Shown here: in pieces, positions 27,501-42,500 of the stretch
How the letters are laid out: every line of letters begins with the position of its first letter
Position numbering within the stretch: the stretch's first letter is position 1
Assembly: GCA_965649765.1 (NCBI GenBank)
Contig: OZ287756.1
Location: 21,142,001 to 21,206,000, forward strand
Length of the DNA: 64,000 nucleotides
Reading direction: 5' to 3'
Source: Bispira polyomma
Taxonomy: Eukaryota
Translations under genes and position numbers: made by a program
Notes under the pieces: generated by a model
What the model saw: only the letters and a program-made list of their open reading frames with translations
Told to the model about the DNA's origin: nothing
Databases searched by the model: none

Positions 27501-30500
27501 GGTGTTTAACCAAGGGCCTTGTACTTACCAGACCAACTCCGTTGCCAATTGGCAATAGATTCTCTTGCTCAGATGATTTTGTAGATTATTGAAGTTTACC
27601 ACCATTATTTGTTACATAAGTTCACTAAATTTTATCTCTTTACACAATATATTGTCTTTAATAACTTTGATAATAATAGTTTATTATGGAATGACACCTA
27701 ACATACATTTATTTTATCAATTTACTTTATCTTAGCTGTTTTGGCAAGGGCCACAGTCGCCTAGTGGTAAGAAGTGCCTTGACAGAGGTAACAAATATCT
27801 TCGTGGAGAAACCAGGAACATTCCAATTTTTAAAAATTTGATCAATACAACAGCCCTCCTCGTTTTAGTATCAAAGTAGTTCCATAACTAATTAATAAAG
27901 ACTATCTGCAATTACATACTATTGTATTTCTTTAAGAGTTTAGGTCTCACCAACAAAATTCAGATCAGATGGTATTTTGCAGATTGCATAAATTTACCTC
28001 CTTATATTTGTTGTATAAGTTCACTTAATTATCATCTATATATACAATATTTTGTGTTTCATAGCTTTGATAATAATATTATTATATGGTATGACACCTA
28101 ACATACATTTATTCTATAAATTTACTCAGAGACTTATCTCCACTCATTTGGCGAGGACCGCAGTTGCCTAGTGGCTAAAAGTGTCTGCTTCACAATCACT
28201 GGTCTCTCACCAATGTGGGTTACAATTTAGTTAGGGTTACTTTATGTGGAGAAAGTTTGTCAGGTACTACTTGCCATAGGTCGGTGGTTTACAGTGCCTC
28301 AGCACTGTTTTCCTTCACCATTAAATCTGGCTGTCTTGACATGACCAGAGCCATTGGACGCCATCTGAACCCCAAACGGATCAATACAGCAGTGACCTTC
28401 CTCTTCTTGTTATGAAAGTAATTCTACAACTAATTAATAGACTATCTGTAATTACATACGATTATATGTCACTTGGGGTGAAAAGGTATAAATATAACCT
28501 TCCCCCCACCATACACACTCCGCACGATCCACAAAAAGTCATTCAAGAAACATTCAAAGAATCTAATTAAAGTTTGGTTGTATGGCCAAATTTACTACTG
28601 TGAGAATACAATGGCGTGTCTGCATTTGGACGAAGATAAGGTATATTAGTTTATGCAATGGTTTGAATTTAGCTTAAAAAGAATTACACACTGAAATTGA
28701 TGTCAGAATTAGTGTTTTCATCATCTTTAAATGCACAAAAAAGAGACTGACAGACAAATCAAAATGGCCTGTTTTATTGTGGAAACATATGTAAATCTTG
28801 TTAGATATCAGATAGAATTGACACATGATCAAAACGTCTTATGCAGAAAAAACCCAAGAAGTGTTTTAGCAATAATAGATGACTAACATAACACCATCAA
28901 TCCTCTAAAATGTAGCCTACTTGTGTTAAGCTTGATGTCTTAACCCTTGTCTCTGGGGTATCTCTTCTGGTAAACTTCCAATTTAGGATCTGAAACCTTC
29001 TTGTGCTGGAATTTTACCTGACAGATTTCACACACTGCCCTTGATTGGGTGGCAGTCCTTCTGTTGGTGTAAAGGGCTGTATATGGTAGCAGCACTTCTC
29101 AGCTTCTTTATGTTTGTATCAACCTTGATTGGGTTACAACCCACGTAGACCGAGTATTTTGTCCTCGCTGATGCTTTGATTTACTGGCGGTAAGCACAGG
29201 GATAGACAGAGCAGCTTCCATTTATAAGCAAGCCATTGTAAATCAAAATTAGCATACATAGAGATAGTATCTGTTTAAAATAAATACATCCCCTCATTCC
29301 TGATGTATGATGAAGTAGACGATTTTCTGTTACTTTATACCAACATTGTATATATCAATTAATATAAAATAAAAGCCAAATCACAATCATTGGCACAACA
29401 CTGTCGGTCATGTTACGTCAGACTTTTGCTCAAGCCGCTCTGTCCATTTTCGTGTATTCCGTCATCAAAATAACAACAAGGAATCTCACCAAATGGGACA
29501 GATTATTTGGTCGACAACACATGGTGACTCTTGGTTTGATCAGGAGGGGAACATTTCAGCCTATGTAGGGTATAATGTCAAGTTTTCTTTGAAACCCCTT
29601 AATTGGGTAATAATCCTTGCACATGTGGTTGTTTTAGCACTGCCCTTTGGTCTTTACCTTGGCAATATTTTAAACAACCTTTAGTGTCTGCTTGGACTAG
29701 GTTGATAAATGAGACAAAGGGAACAGGGACAAAGGGATCAAAACAAAAGAATCAGGGACCAGTTTTGTAAGAGTAGCATGGTCCATAGTCAGTAAATGGA
29801 CAGACAGATTGATATGCAATTGAACCCCCTTTAAGTTTAAACCTCAGGGAACAGTACAAGTACATCTACTTTAGCAGGATTTCCATTTAACATTGGAAAT
29901 TTTGAAAGAAAAGGACTTTGTGGAACCATCAAATATGCTCTATAGAAAGGGAAATTGACTTAAGAGTGAGCATAAGTATGTATTTAGTTTGTGTTTGTAA
30001 TGTATCATATTAGTGACAGTATTTGACAATATGTGACAGAAGTGTAAGTTTCACTTGTGTGTGACATCAAAAAGTGACGTAAAAGGGACATTTGAAACCC
30101 GGATCGGTTATGTAGTCAAAATTATGTTCAAGCGACATACATCTGTAAAGCTCCTTGGATACCCCTGTTAATCCTTGTAAATGAGACCCTGGCATTAGGG
30201 AACCTTACATTCAACATTAGTCAAAGTTGGCTTTTTTATCTATATCATTTTGTCTTTAAGTCAAGATTAGATTCTTTTAAATTTCATAGTCTGTAGTGAA
30301 TACAATATAAGTTACAACCGTTTTGTTCACCCTTGAAATGAAGTACAATTTAGTTAGTCGAATATATTTGCTGACTGATTCCCACCACTCATGCCATATT
30401 GTCAAACAAGAAAAAGGATGAGATCATAAAAGACTGTAAACAGCCAGCTCTGTGTAAGAGAAGAAAGTAATTCTGTGCTGATCCATTTTAGCTTGCTCTG

Positions 30501-33500
30501 TGACTGTGTAAGGAATGGTATTACATGGGGGAGTAAATAACTAACACTCCAATGGACAAACTTTAATTTGTCAGGTCACTAATCACATAGAAAAGTCGTA
30601 GACAATTAAATTACCCTGCATTAAACGTTACTTCTTGAAATACTTTAGAAATGATTACATAACCAGACAATTTATACTGCAGGCCAAGGGTCGTGTCATG
30701 ATATATGCCAAGATTAACACCATAATAAGAAAACATACATGTAAAAAACATAAAAACCAAGAGTGTGAGGTTTATTAATAATATATGGCTGCATATATTT
30801 TAATTCAGCATGAAAAAGTCTATTAAGTGGAATTATATACATGAGCTTCTGGCTAGCCTTCATTTGAGTTGAATCTGATTTTGAGCTTAAGTTTCTTTGC
30901 TATAGAATCTTTTTAAATATAGAATGCACTGTAAACTGAATGGTAACCAGTTATTTCCGATATTTGCTTTATTGTATTGTGTTTTTTTGTATTAAAATGT
31001 ATACTCAGGTCATATTCATCTACATTTTATCCGATATTGACTGTCCCAAGCCCCAGACAACCAACCCTTAATGCCTGTCATATTACCTTAAATGATGACA
31101 AACGCTTAAGGATGACCCACGACGTGTAATACCAATCTCCCCTTTAACTTGTGATTAGGTCCCAATGGCTGTAGGACTATGCCTTTGTAAGTGGTCATCT
31201 GTGCCACTATATATGTGCCTGTATCTGGTCACCCACTAGACTGGGATTGAACCCAAGTCATCTGTGTTTCTAAGCAAGTGTGTTACTAACTTGGCTGCAG
31301 TGGCAGATGAGTATTTACTTCTATCAAACACTTGGAGTTGAGTATGAATTTAAAACAGAAGTTTATTTCAAGACTATGAACCCTGGCATTTTAAACTGGA
31401 TGGCACATTTATTGTTTATATATAAAAAGCAATGAGTGTTTTGAGCTACACAAGCTAACAAGGTTATCACTTTGCTGATATACAGTTAACCTGAATAACA
31501 GCCTTAACACTATTTCTAATACCTCAGACAATGTTATTTTGCACAAGGCTGTTTCCAGACTAAAGTATTACCCAGATCATCTAGCCAATTTACAGCTGTT
31601 CATTTCCCCCCTTAACAATGATCTAACTCCATGCTATTTTTAACACCAGACAATGTAATTTTGCACAAAGCTCTTTTCCAGACAAAATGCTAACATCTGG
31701 TTAACTCTGGGTTTTTTTCCAAAAAAACATCTAGTCAAACAACACCTAAACATGTCTAGTGTGCTACAAAGAATACACTTTAGTTTGATTCTTTACATAT
31801 GTTTCAGATGCTTTGTATGACCAAAATGTCCTTTTCAAAAATATACATTAACTATGAAAAGGTGTATTTGTGAAATATATGTTGTCATAATTAACTTATG
31901 AGTTTATTTTAGAAAAACAATAAGCAAACTTGAATCAAAGCTAAATGCTTTTTGAATATTTTAGAAATTGTTATCATTGTGTTGTTGAGAGTATTATTCC
32001 AGGGAAATGTATTCAATATATAATATTGATAGATAGATGGATGGGGAGAATTTTTTTATTGTAATGACATTATTTTATACCAGTTATCATCAATACAAAA
32101 CTTTTACATGTTCCAATAATTTTTAACACTCAGCCTTAAGGCTTATTAGTCAGTTTAAATACGAGATTTAAATTATTATAGAACTGACAAAATTTACAGA
32201 TTATTAAAATTTTCATAATTTAAATTTGTTATAAAATGTTGGATATCCTGTATTCCCATAGTTTACACCAAACGTTTTTGCAACTATTTTTAGTATGTTT
32301 GTATTTGAGTAAAATTTAATTACTTCATTCGTCTTCTAAAAGATGAAACTTACCTTTCGCGTTTTCGACAGCATAATCAAAGAACGTTTCTATCTCTACC
32401 GTAAATTATCTATAATACATAAATCAGCACACCAGATTTTGTAATTGATCACAACACAAAGACAGTCCTACACATGGATCTAACTAGGATAAGGTTATTG
32501 ACTACACAAAACTGGCTGGTGACAAAAACTAGTTTTTATCAGGCACAATGTTGTTTTTATTATGGAAAGGGCGCCGCCATTGAAAAGACTGCCACCATCT
32601 CAGAAATAATATGTAAGGCTTTTATGGATTGGTTGGGAGCAATAAACCTATTCAAACTTGGGGGGGGGGGGGTCACATATATTGTTATTATGCGTAGCTT
32701 GTCTGAGTGTTTAGTGGCCATATCACTATTATTATATATGACACTGTGCCCCTGTGTCTTTTTAAAAACACAACTCTTGTTGTCGCTCTGAAAAGGGTGC
32801 GGCCTTGTTGGAAAGGGCCGTAATAGTTAAAAATAATATATAAGGCCTTAAAAGATTGACTGAAAGTGATCAACTCTGGCAAAACTAAGGAATTAATATT
32901 TCTAACACTTTGTGCCGGTGTCTTTTTAAAAAAAAGACAACCCTTGTTATCATTTTTTCCTTTGGAGAATCAGGTTATCACACTGAGGCAATCCATCATG
33001 AGCCACCTGCTTTTGACGATGTGATCAATTGGTTACCTTTGAGAGCCATAGAAAATAATCCCAGTATGTGAAGTGACCTATTTCTTTTTTTATTCTTGTC
33101 CTTGTGTGTTAGCTGTGTAATCATTTAGCAATTTTGGCACATTGTTGTTCAGTCTTTCAGTCTTTCTGCCCCAATTAGTGTGATATAATAGTGATCCTTT
33201 CAACAGAAGTCAGCAACTTAATGGTTACATATTGTTGGTACATGTGTCTTTATTTATCTCTTCATTATTATCAGTATTCTTGTGTTTCAGGCAATCTTCG
33301 GGTAAAAATAGGTTACAGTTTTTAAGTGGGGATGTCAGCTTCACTAACAATTTCCTTTTGCGGGGTCAGTCTAGTCTTTTCAATTTTAGTCTGCTAATAG
33401 TACATGACACCAAATGACAATTGTAATTTCAAGGGTTTGGTAGGAACAGATTTTAATGTATTCATTGGGATATTGTGTTGTTAAAACCCCCGAACCATGC

Positions 33501-36500
33501 TAACTAAGATTTATTTCTGAAACTTTACAGTGCCAACACATTATTTCTGTTTACGATTTCATATTGATTGCAGTGTTTGTATGACATTTACAACTAATCT
33601 ATTAACATATGATTTGTTTGGTTGAGGTGGTGGGGGGGGGGGGGGGCGTCATGTTGGTACATTTCTTTTTCAATATAATTCAAATTGTTAACATAATTAT
33701 GAACCATGAAATAATTCACGCTTTTCAACCTAGAAATATGCATTCCAACCCCCAATCTCTTGCACATTATTCTATAAACATTAATTTTTAATATACTCAT
33801 TTCATTATTTTTGGAGAACTAGATGAATTGTTTTGAAATGAGAATCAAAAGTTTCAGTAGCTGTAAAGGGCTATTTTTAATACATGGTATACCGCTAGGT
33901 TTAATATTCCATTTGTTCAAATTCTATCTGCAGATTGCAAATCTGTAGATGATACCAGACTGAAGCCTTTGTATTTTTATGCCATTTGTTACTGAATATG
34001 GTGAACTATATACATTTCTTTAATTTAGAGATTCCCAAAAAGGGTAATATTCAATCCATTTGTTTTGTGATGTTGGAATGACCGAGTTGTAAGTCAAGGA
34101 TTCATATATTTTAAGAAAAACTAAAGTTTTACATGTGTATTGCTCTAAGGATAAGTGTGAAAGATGAGTCATATGTATGCAGCCCAGATTAAATGCATTG
34201 TCATACAGGAATACTTGTTTAAGTAAGGATTAATATCACTTGGGCTAATTGTACAATAATTATACACTTAAATATCACTATATCACAAGGACACCTTGAC
34301 CTCCTCTTCCTCTCATCTTACATTTAAGAAAAAATGATTGAATCCTACTGAACCGTTTCATATCACAAAATCTATCTAATACAATAGCAGTACCTCACAT
34401 TCTACACCTGAATAAAAAAGCGATATAAACAAGTGAATTGTGATGATTAAGGTAAAATTTTAATGTCAAAAGATATTAATGTTAGGTATAAGACACATCA
34501 ATGGATCTGATTATGACAAATTTGTGGGCATAGCGGAAGAGAAAAATATTTTTGTGACAACAAAAAATAAACATTTCCATCATTCGTTAGTTGGAGGTTT
34601 GGGTTGTCTATACATGCTATCCATCACTAGCCACCTGCTTTTGACTGTACAATAAATTTGTAAAGTGTCCGTCTCTCCATAACTCTAAAAATAGCATTTG
34701 TTTCCTATTCATTATCAAATTCTACCACCTTGCTATTCGTCTTTCCTTCAATACCCTTAATAGAAGAAAGTAAGTCAAAGGAAAATTAAACTAGATGATC
34801 ATTTATCATCTTTGTTCAACTTACCATTTGGAGTACCCCAGGGGTCTGTCATTGGGCCATAATATAAATCACCACATGTATGCAGACGACATCCAAGTCG
34901 ATGTTTGTCTCAACCCTCAAAATACACATAAAAATATTGGTCTACTTGCGAATGCCTGTCCTGTGTCCAGGCGTAGATGTACTACTCCAAATTGAAATTA
35001 AATCCTGCCAAAATTAAATTTATTCTCATTGGTAACAAGAAACACAGTCAGCTCATAAAACCATTAATTCCCATCTGTCTCCTAGGCAAAGAAAAACTAC
35101 CTACTGAAAATGTCAAAAACCTTGTGGTCACTTTCGCCTTTTCGTTTTACACCCATATTCCCAAGATCTGTCGCTCCTGCTATTACCACATTTGTGACAT
35201 TAAACGAATCCGAACCTATCTGTCGCTATAACGGGGGAAATGCCCTCATAAGTAGTCACCTAGACTACTGCAACTGCCTTTTGTAAACAAGTCACAGATT
35301 TAAATCTAAAGTATATTCGGAACTACTTATGCAAGGTGAGTTTTGGCCTGTGCAGGCGCACTAATGTCACTCAATTCCTAAAAAATTACACTGGCATCCC
35401 ATACATTATAGAATTTTGTTTAAAATTTATGTCACCACATTTAAGACTGTAGTCACGTAATAGCCCTCCTACCTCGCTTCACTTCTTTCTTTCAGTTACC
35501 TAAAGACAGGGATAGATTTTCTGATTCTTCTATTCAACCCTCTGGGAATGCTGGATCCAGAGCTTGCTCCATTGTAGCTCCCCTGTTATGGAACAGTCTT
35601 CCAGTCAACCTCACATCATTAGACACACTTATCGGTTTTATGAGAAAGCTTAAAAACCTATCTTTCAACATGGCCTTCGCACCGTAGTTTCCCTCCTGTA
35701 CACCATTGGATCACTGATTCTGCTGTTGTGCTTTAGAAGATGTTTAGCATAAAAAAGCGCGTTAAAAATGCATAATAATAATAAAAATAAGTGACTGCTT
35801 TCTCTGTAAAACCCCCTAAGAGGGCTCGATTTAAAACTTTCTCAATCACTGCCCCTGTGTTATGCAATAGTCCGTGAGTTGAGCTTAGAAAAATTTTCTG
35901 GATTTAAGAATAATACTTAAAACCTAAAACCTTCAACTCAATTATGCCCTTTAGTTCCTTTTCACTCTAATATCTGTCCTTCCTGTTTTTTTGATTGATT
36001 ATATTGTTGCACTTTAGAAAATGTGTTGCATTAACATCGTTAAAAAAATGCAAAATACAATACAGTATAATATTATAAACTAATTAAGTTTGTGAATTAG
36101 TTTGTTTTTCTTTGAACTTGTTCCTTGCGAGGATTATAGGCAGTAAAGCTTTTTTTACAATGCATATCTGTGATACTAAAGTTTCCTCTTTTGTCTTTGT
36201 ACCGTCAGTCCTTAGTTTAAGATAAAAACTAATGACAAAAAATGATTCTGTGTTTTTGTCCTTGCTGATCCTGTTTTATAGTAATATGGGTCATCATTTA
36301 ATAGGGCCTGGTCTTATCTTGTGATCCAGGTTTCCTGTTGTAGCATTCTGTAGTAATGTCCTCCACATGGCTTGTATTTATCCAAATGACCTCTCATAAA
36401 ACATGTGAATGGTATTTGACCATGTAGAATCATTTGCCACTAAAGCTGCAACATTTTTATGTATTATTATGACTTATACAGGCCAGGTTTTTCTCCCAAA

Positions 36501-39500
36501 TATTTAGACGTGATTCGCATATTTAGACTAATTTTAAAAATTCTTTAGTTTTTTTGAGATTATAAAAAAGACTTCATTAAAGTTTTTTGTGCAAAAATTG
36601 TAGTAAATGCTGTTCATGCTCAGACATAAATTTTTGTGATTTTCATCTGCTTGACTTGGAAATGAAACCGAAAACTTACACATGAAAGACCCAATGTGTA
36701 AGTGAATATTTTCACGAGGAATTTATTGTGGCTTATTTTTTAGCTAATTTGTTGGGATAGTAAAAAATCGTTAAAGATAAACTACTAAATTTCTTATGGG
36801 ATTAAATGCATTGGACTGAAAGAAAGCATTTATTCAAAATATCCCTCATTACTTTCTTTACACATTCAAAGTGAAGTATAAAACAAAAAAAAGGTTTATA
36901 CAAGGTTTTTGTTTCATTGAGTATCTTCCTCTTTATATCAGCAGTCAATAAAGAATGAAAAAGTATCACATTTCCTCCTAAAAAACTGAGATCATAGAAG
37001 CGGAATGTTCTACCGCCTCAGAACTAACAGGTCAAGCATCTGCTGTTCAAAAATGTGGTTTATGTGATGTTTTTGTCACTCTAAGTGTATTGCATGGAAC
37101 CAACAAATTCACTACTCTCAGGATAAGTGTGGAAGACATGTTTATGGTCTACAGAGATGACACTCATTTAGCATATTTATTAATGCCAGTTGCTAAATCC
37201 ATCAATCTATTATCTGTGGGACTTAAGGCGTTGTGTTACAGGTTTATATTTTATACATGTTAGTTGGGTATATATACTTCATATGTTTAAAAGTTACTTA
37301 GTTTATTAAGAGTGTATCAACCTATTATGAGTAACAACAATAGTAAAATAGTAATACACAGTAATAGTAATAAGTTTATGTATTTCCATAGTATTAAGAA
37401 CATGTGTGAAGCTCTAACAGTTTCATAAACGGGCCACTTCAATTCATCACAGTTGATTCCTTTTGGTATTACATAATCTGGCAGCTATAAATATGATCAT
37501 ACAGGCAAATCCTATATCCACTAGACCACCAATGCACCGCCAACACCCCCGCCTCTCACTGACTAATGCTTAAAACATCTGTCATTATAAGCAGCTTTGT
37601 CTTTTAGCTTTTTTGTTTCTTTAAGCTTATTGCATGTAACAAACAACTTTGTCACTGTCCAATCAGCGTAGGTAGACAGGTTTGTGGTCTTACAACCTTC
37701 ACACATGTACAGGAAGTATCACCGGCTTCTAAATACACAGAAAAACATAGCCTTACAAACACAATACAGGTCTACAATAGTTAATGTTTGAATTTTTACT
37801 TTTTAAATTGACAAAAATTAATTCTTAAAATCAAAATTAGAATGTTTATTCACCTCATAGTGTAAGTACATGTGTGTATATCAATGTAGGGCAATATCAA
37901 TTATACAATGAACTTTTTGTTACTTTCTGTTTATGATATTGTTTTGAGAAATATCAAACTTACCTGATTGCCTTAATGCAAAATACAAAATGAGGCAAAA
38001 TGCAAATGTAGGAACCTACTTGACCGCACAGAACTAGTCTGGACAAATTTAGTGATTGCTGCCACGCCAATCCGGACATATATATATCTCACTGGAATCA
38101 TGTTAGGTAAAATCTGAAGTATTAGAATCCAGCATTAAAACTCTATTCAAATGGATGGTATCAAGTACAGATGATTTCCATCTAGGGGTACTTGCACAAA
38201 GCTTATATTTGATTTGAGTATGAATCAGAGTTTCTTTGGAGAATATTGGTCTATGTCATTGAGTTCCTATTTGATTACAGGCTTTTACTATCGCTGAGAG
38301 AATTGAAAAGCCAAACTCATTATGTTCTAGAATAAAGTCTCCCTTGCGGACCCAGACGTGTGTACTTCTATGTTTTAGGAGCAAAAAAAAAGAGAGATTT
38401 CCAGTTACTTCACGTACTACATCTCCTGCTACTTGCATCAAAACCCTGGTTAGGTAAAAACGTTCAAAGCTTCAATATTAAGTAAATGTATAACAGAAAA
38501 TCTTTACATTTATATTATTAGGATTAAATACATACCCAAATGTTATTCAGTGCTGTTTCCAACAAGACAGTTTCTCTCCTCCATTTTTCAGTCAACTTGT
38601 GTTTTTAAAATGTCATCTTAAATGTCATTGTTCTAATATATTGTGCAAACAATTATTCTAATGTTAAGATTGGTTTTAGTTCCATGGGCAAGTCAAGTAG
38701 TGAAAAAGCAGAACATTTTGCTTTGTTAATAGTTAGTATGACTTTCAGTTTGCTTTGTTAAAGCATCTTTATTAATGTTTCTTTATGTTACCCTACTTAA
38801 ATATCTTACATATCAAGTGGACAATAATGACATATTTTATGTATTTTTTTTATTTATTTGTATTTTAGCCACACAACCCAACATTACTACAACCATTGCT
38901 ATCTAATGAAAAGTGGCACTATAATATCTTATAACATCTTAGTACCCTCATTTTTGGTAACTGATTTTTAACATGAAAACGTCAGCTTTTGTAGACAAAC
39001 ACCTCTTGTTTGTTTTTTAAAAACCAATTTGAATGAACTGTTAGTATAGCTCACTATTAGACAGTTCACCAAGTTTCCAAGACTGGTTCACCATTATGTG
39101 AGCTTCAGCTGAATACTAGGTTAGAGAACACAACCTACTCTGTGTTTGAGTTGTTATTATATTTCGCAACAGACAGTTTACCCAATTTGTAGGAAAAAAA
39201 GTCGACAGAATATAATTCACTTGGTCAAATACTAGATCAGAAAAACAAGACGTCAGGATTTGTTCCACGTCTTAAGCATATTTTAAGATAATGTACCCTA
39301 ACAGTTGCTTCAGCATAATCTAAAATGCTAATTGAATTCCGAGCAATGTCATTTTCATTGGTAACATCTATGATTTTATTCTATTACAAAAACCAAGTTG
39401 TGTTTGAGGTTTTCTACAAACAAATTTGTGACTGCTAAATGTTTCATTACAAGTGTAAAAGTCACTTGATAAATAAACTGGCTTTTTACAAAGGAGCTTA

Positions 39501-42500
39501 CGTGTAAGCATTGGTACATTTAGTTTGTCACTTTTCCTCTGTCAAGTTAAATATCACTAAAACACAAAGTAAACTACATAAAAGTAACTGAAAATAGTAA
39601 ATTACCTAAAAGACTGCCTTGTTAGTGTCACATAGTTTTTGTGTAATATCACGACAGGCAGTTCAGTGGTAAAGAAAACAGAACTGGGTAGTTGGTAGAA
39701 GTTTTCTAATCTGAAAACCACTGGCCTTGAGCAAGTCTACTGCCAACTTTCCAAAATACACACAAGGGCAGAAATTTAAACCCACACATAAAAGGCACTT
39801 GCTGTAGGCTGGTGGTTCACAGTGCTTTTTAGCATTTAATATGTTCATCGCAATATGATGTAACCTGTGGAAATAGATGTACAACGTAACTAAATTCAAG
39901 AGAAGGTATGGCATAAAAAATTGGACGGCTACAAAAAGATAAAGGCTATATTTTTTAAGTAGTTCACACATTATATTATTGAATATCAGCTGTTTGAGAA
40001 GGTCATATAGGGATACAATAAGCCACTTAAAGCCCGATCAATATGGTTTAATGACCATTATCTTATATTCTGTTTTGTAAACTAATTATACTTTAATTTT
40101 TTATTCTTTACTTGTCATCATCTTGAACAACGGGACTGGAGAAACCTACCAACTTTACACCCTAAAATTGTCTGCTCACTTTTCTGTAAAAGCTGTCAAG
40201 CCATAATTACGACAGCCTGACTTAATGGTGGAGACAACCAGATAGACTATAGAGAAATCTATATACTTGTACCACAGACCTATGCTGTATACCTGGACCC
40301 CTTATTATAAAACCAAACTCAAGCTCAAAAGACACACTCAACTCAAAGGAGGGTTATGTGTAAAATGCCATGTTATATGGAAGTAACCTATACTTGTAAC
40401 CATTCATTTCAACAGAGCTTTTAATGCTGAATTTAAATAAATAGTCAAACATTACTTACCTTTACTTTACTCAGAGATATGGATATCTTAGATGTGAGCT
40501 TAAGGCTGAGTTGAGTTTGAGAAGTTTGGAGAATGAGGCCAGAGGCCTTCTTTCAGACAAGGGAATTTGTGGGATTCAGTGGCCGGTCATCAACAGTAAA
40601 AAAGAGGCAAACAGTCCAAACTTGTATTGTGCACTAGATAAATATTTTAAAATGCTTAAATCTAGGGGTAATTTTGTCAAGTATATAATTGAAACAAGAT
40701 CATGTAATGACTTACCAGTTAAAGATGACGTAGTAAATTGACTGAATTTACCTGAGAATGTGAGAAATAGCCTGAGATCTATCCTTCTTGTTGTACATTA
40801 TTATCTTTAGTTTGGACTGCTACCGATTTACTCTGGGCTGCTTAAATATTAACAGGAATCCTGCCTGAAAAGGTATGACTTTATGTTTCTTCTGAATGCA
40901 CTTAATCTTCTCTGATTATGGCTGTCAGTTAAAAGTGTGTGGCATTTCCTTGCAACTGCATCAAGTAAAACAACTACCACCTTTTATTTGGGATGACAAT
41001 AAATTACTACATATTACTGGGAAGAGTAAGGTGTACAGCTCTGCATATAATTTTGTTAAACAGGGTGTTCAAACAGTGTGATCAGTAATAGATATTGCAC
41101 TACCTTAAACAAAAGTACCTATAGACCAAATTTTTTTAGAGTGTATGTAAGTCAAGTGTGATTGTAAATTGAATTCAGGACTGAAAGCTCTTTTAAAACA
41201 AACGGTCATAAGTACAGATTATCTACACACACAAGGACTTCTGCATAGCCTTCATTTAAGCTGTGTCTGAGTTCAAGCTTGAGTCTTTTACAATGATATG
41301 GGACCTGGTTTTACAGATAATATCGATTACATCGATCAAATAACCACGCTAATTCCAACCATAAGGTCTGGCCCTCCATCAATAAAAGGTACAATTGTGT
41401 GTTGTTCTAACTTGTGAGTTTTCCCATTGCAGTTTGCTTATAACTGTTGTCACAACTGAGTCTTTACAAATGGGCAGATCTATTTATAGCACTAGTGATG
41501 TAAGAGCATTGTTAGTAGGTAACCTGTGATATTTGTGACTGGACCAACTTTTTGTTTGTCTGTTGTCTATTAAGTAGTATTATAATACATTTAACTTTGT
41601 GTTTAGTCGCATAAATGAATTACACTGTACAGATTAAACATGTAAGAATGTTAGAAAAAAATTAAGCTATTTTACAATTTTCAAGAAATTCAATGGAATT
41701 ATTTTTGTCACCATTGGTCTTATAATTCTATATTTTAACTAAGCATGCTACAATAGCTACAATTACTTCCCATTGAAGATTACTACTTATTTAGGCATTA
41801 TATAATACATAATGAATGGTAGATTATTTGACCTCTTTTAATAGTTATATTTGGAAGAATAAGCCACAGGTACAAAAAATCTAAACCTGTTACAATCTGC
41901 TTATCAGGCAGGTAAGCATGCATTCCTGATTAAAATCCCCATTAATATAAGGTGATCTTGAACTTGACTTTTACAAATCCACTCTCAATGTAACAAAAAT
42001 GTGACTAAAAAGGCAATATGTACAGCTAAATTACCAGCAATAGGTTGCAAGAAATAGAATGGCAGTTGTGCATGATACTTGACACAAATTTTAAACAATC
42101 TACTCCATAAAGAAAGATTACATCACTTGAGTTTCTTTTTTAAGCTCCTCTGACAATTTTCAAGGTTTTTTTTGTCTCCTCCAACACTTTAGCCCTTTTT
42201 ATTACATGTTTCATTATAGTAAGAATAAAAGACGAATTAAGGACTTTGTTGCTATAAGAAAATAAGACAAGATTTCTCTTGGGATGTGATACGGTTTAAA
42301 TGAATTCTTGCTTTTTTATTGACTGTTCTGTTAATAGAAATATTAACCGGTAGGATTTTTACGTTTTTTTTAAAAACTGAATAATAAAGCTGTAAAATAT
42401 TTTTTTTGAAAGACTGGATGATAAATGTAAGGCTTAAAAATAAAGAATTTGAAAAATATCAGGGGAAAAGTGGAAGGTGTGCTCCGGTCCTAGTAAAATC

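Larger units (their letters stand above)
32450..40769 (+). repeat. Segmental duplication, copy 1 (intron B-C)
   Basis: Collinear with 55839-63374 from CACAACACAAAGACA to TTTACCTGAGAATGTGA.AAATA, with several indels. Confidence 0.93.

Noticed and set aside
29018-29270. Nested minus-strand protein-coding exon
   Set aside because: All three frames contain stops and no domain is recognisable; kept only as a possible non-coding exon
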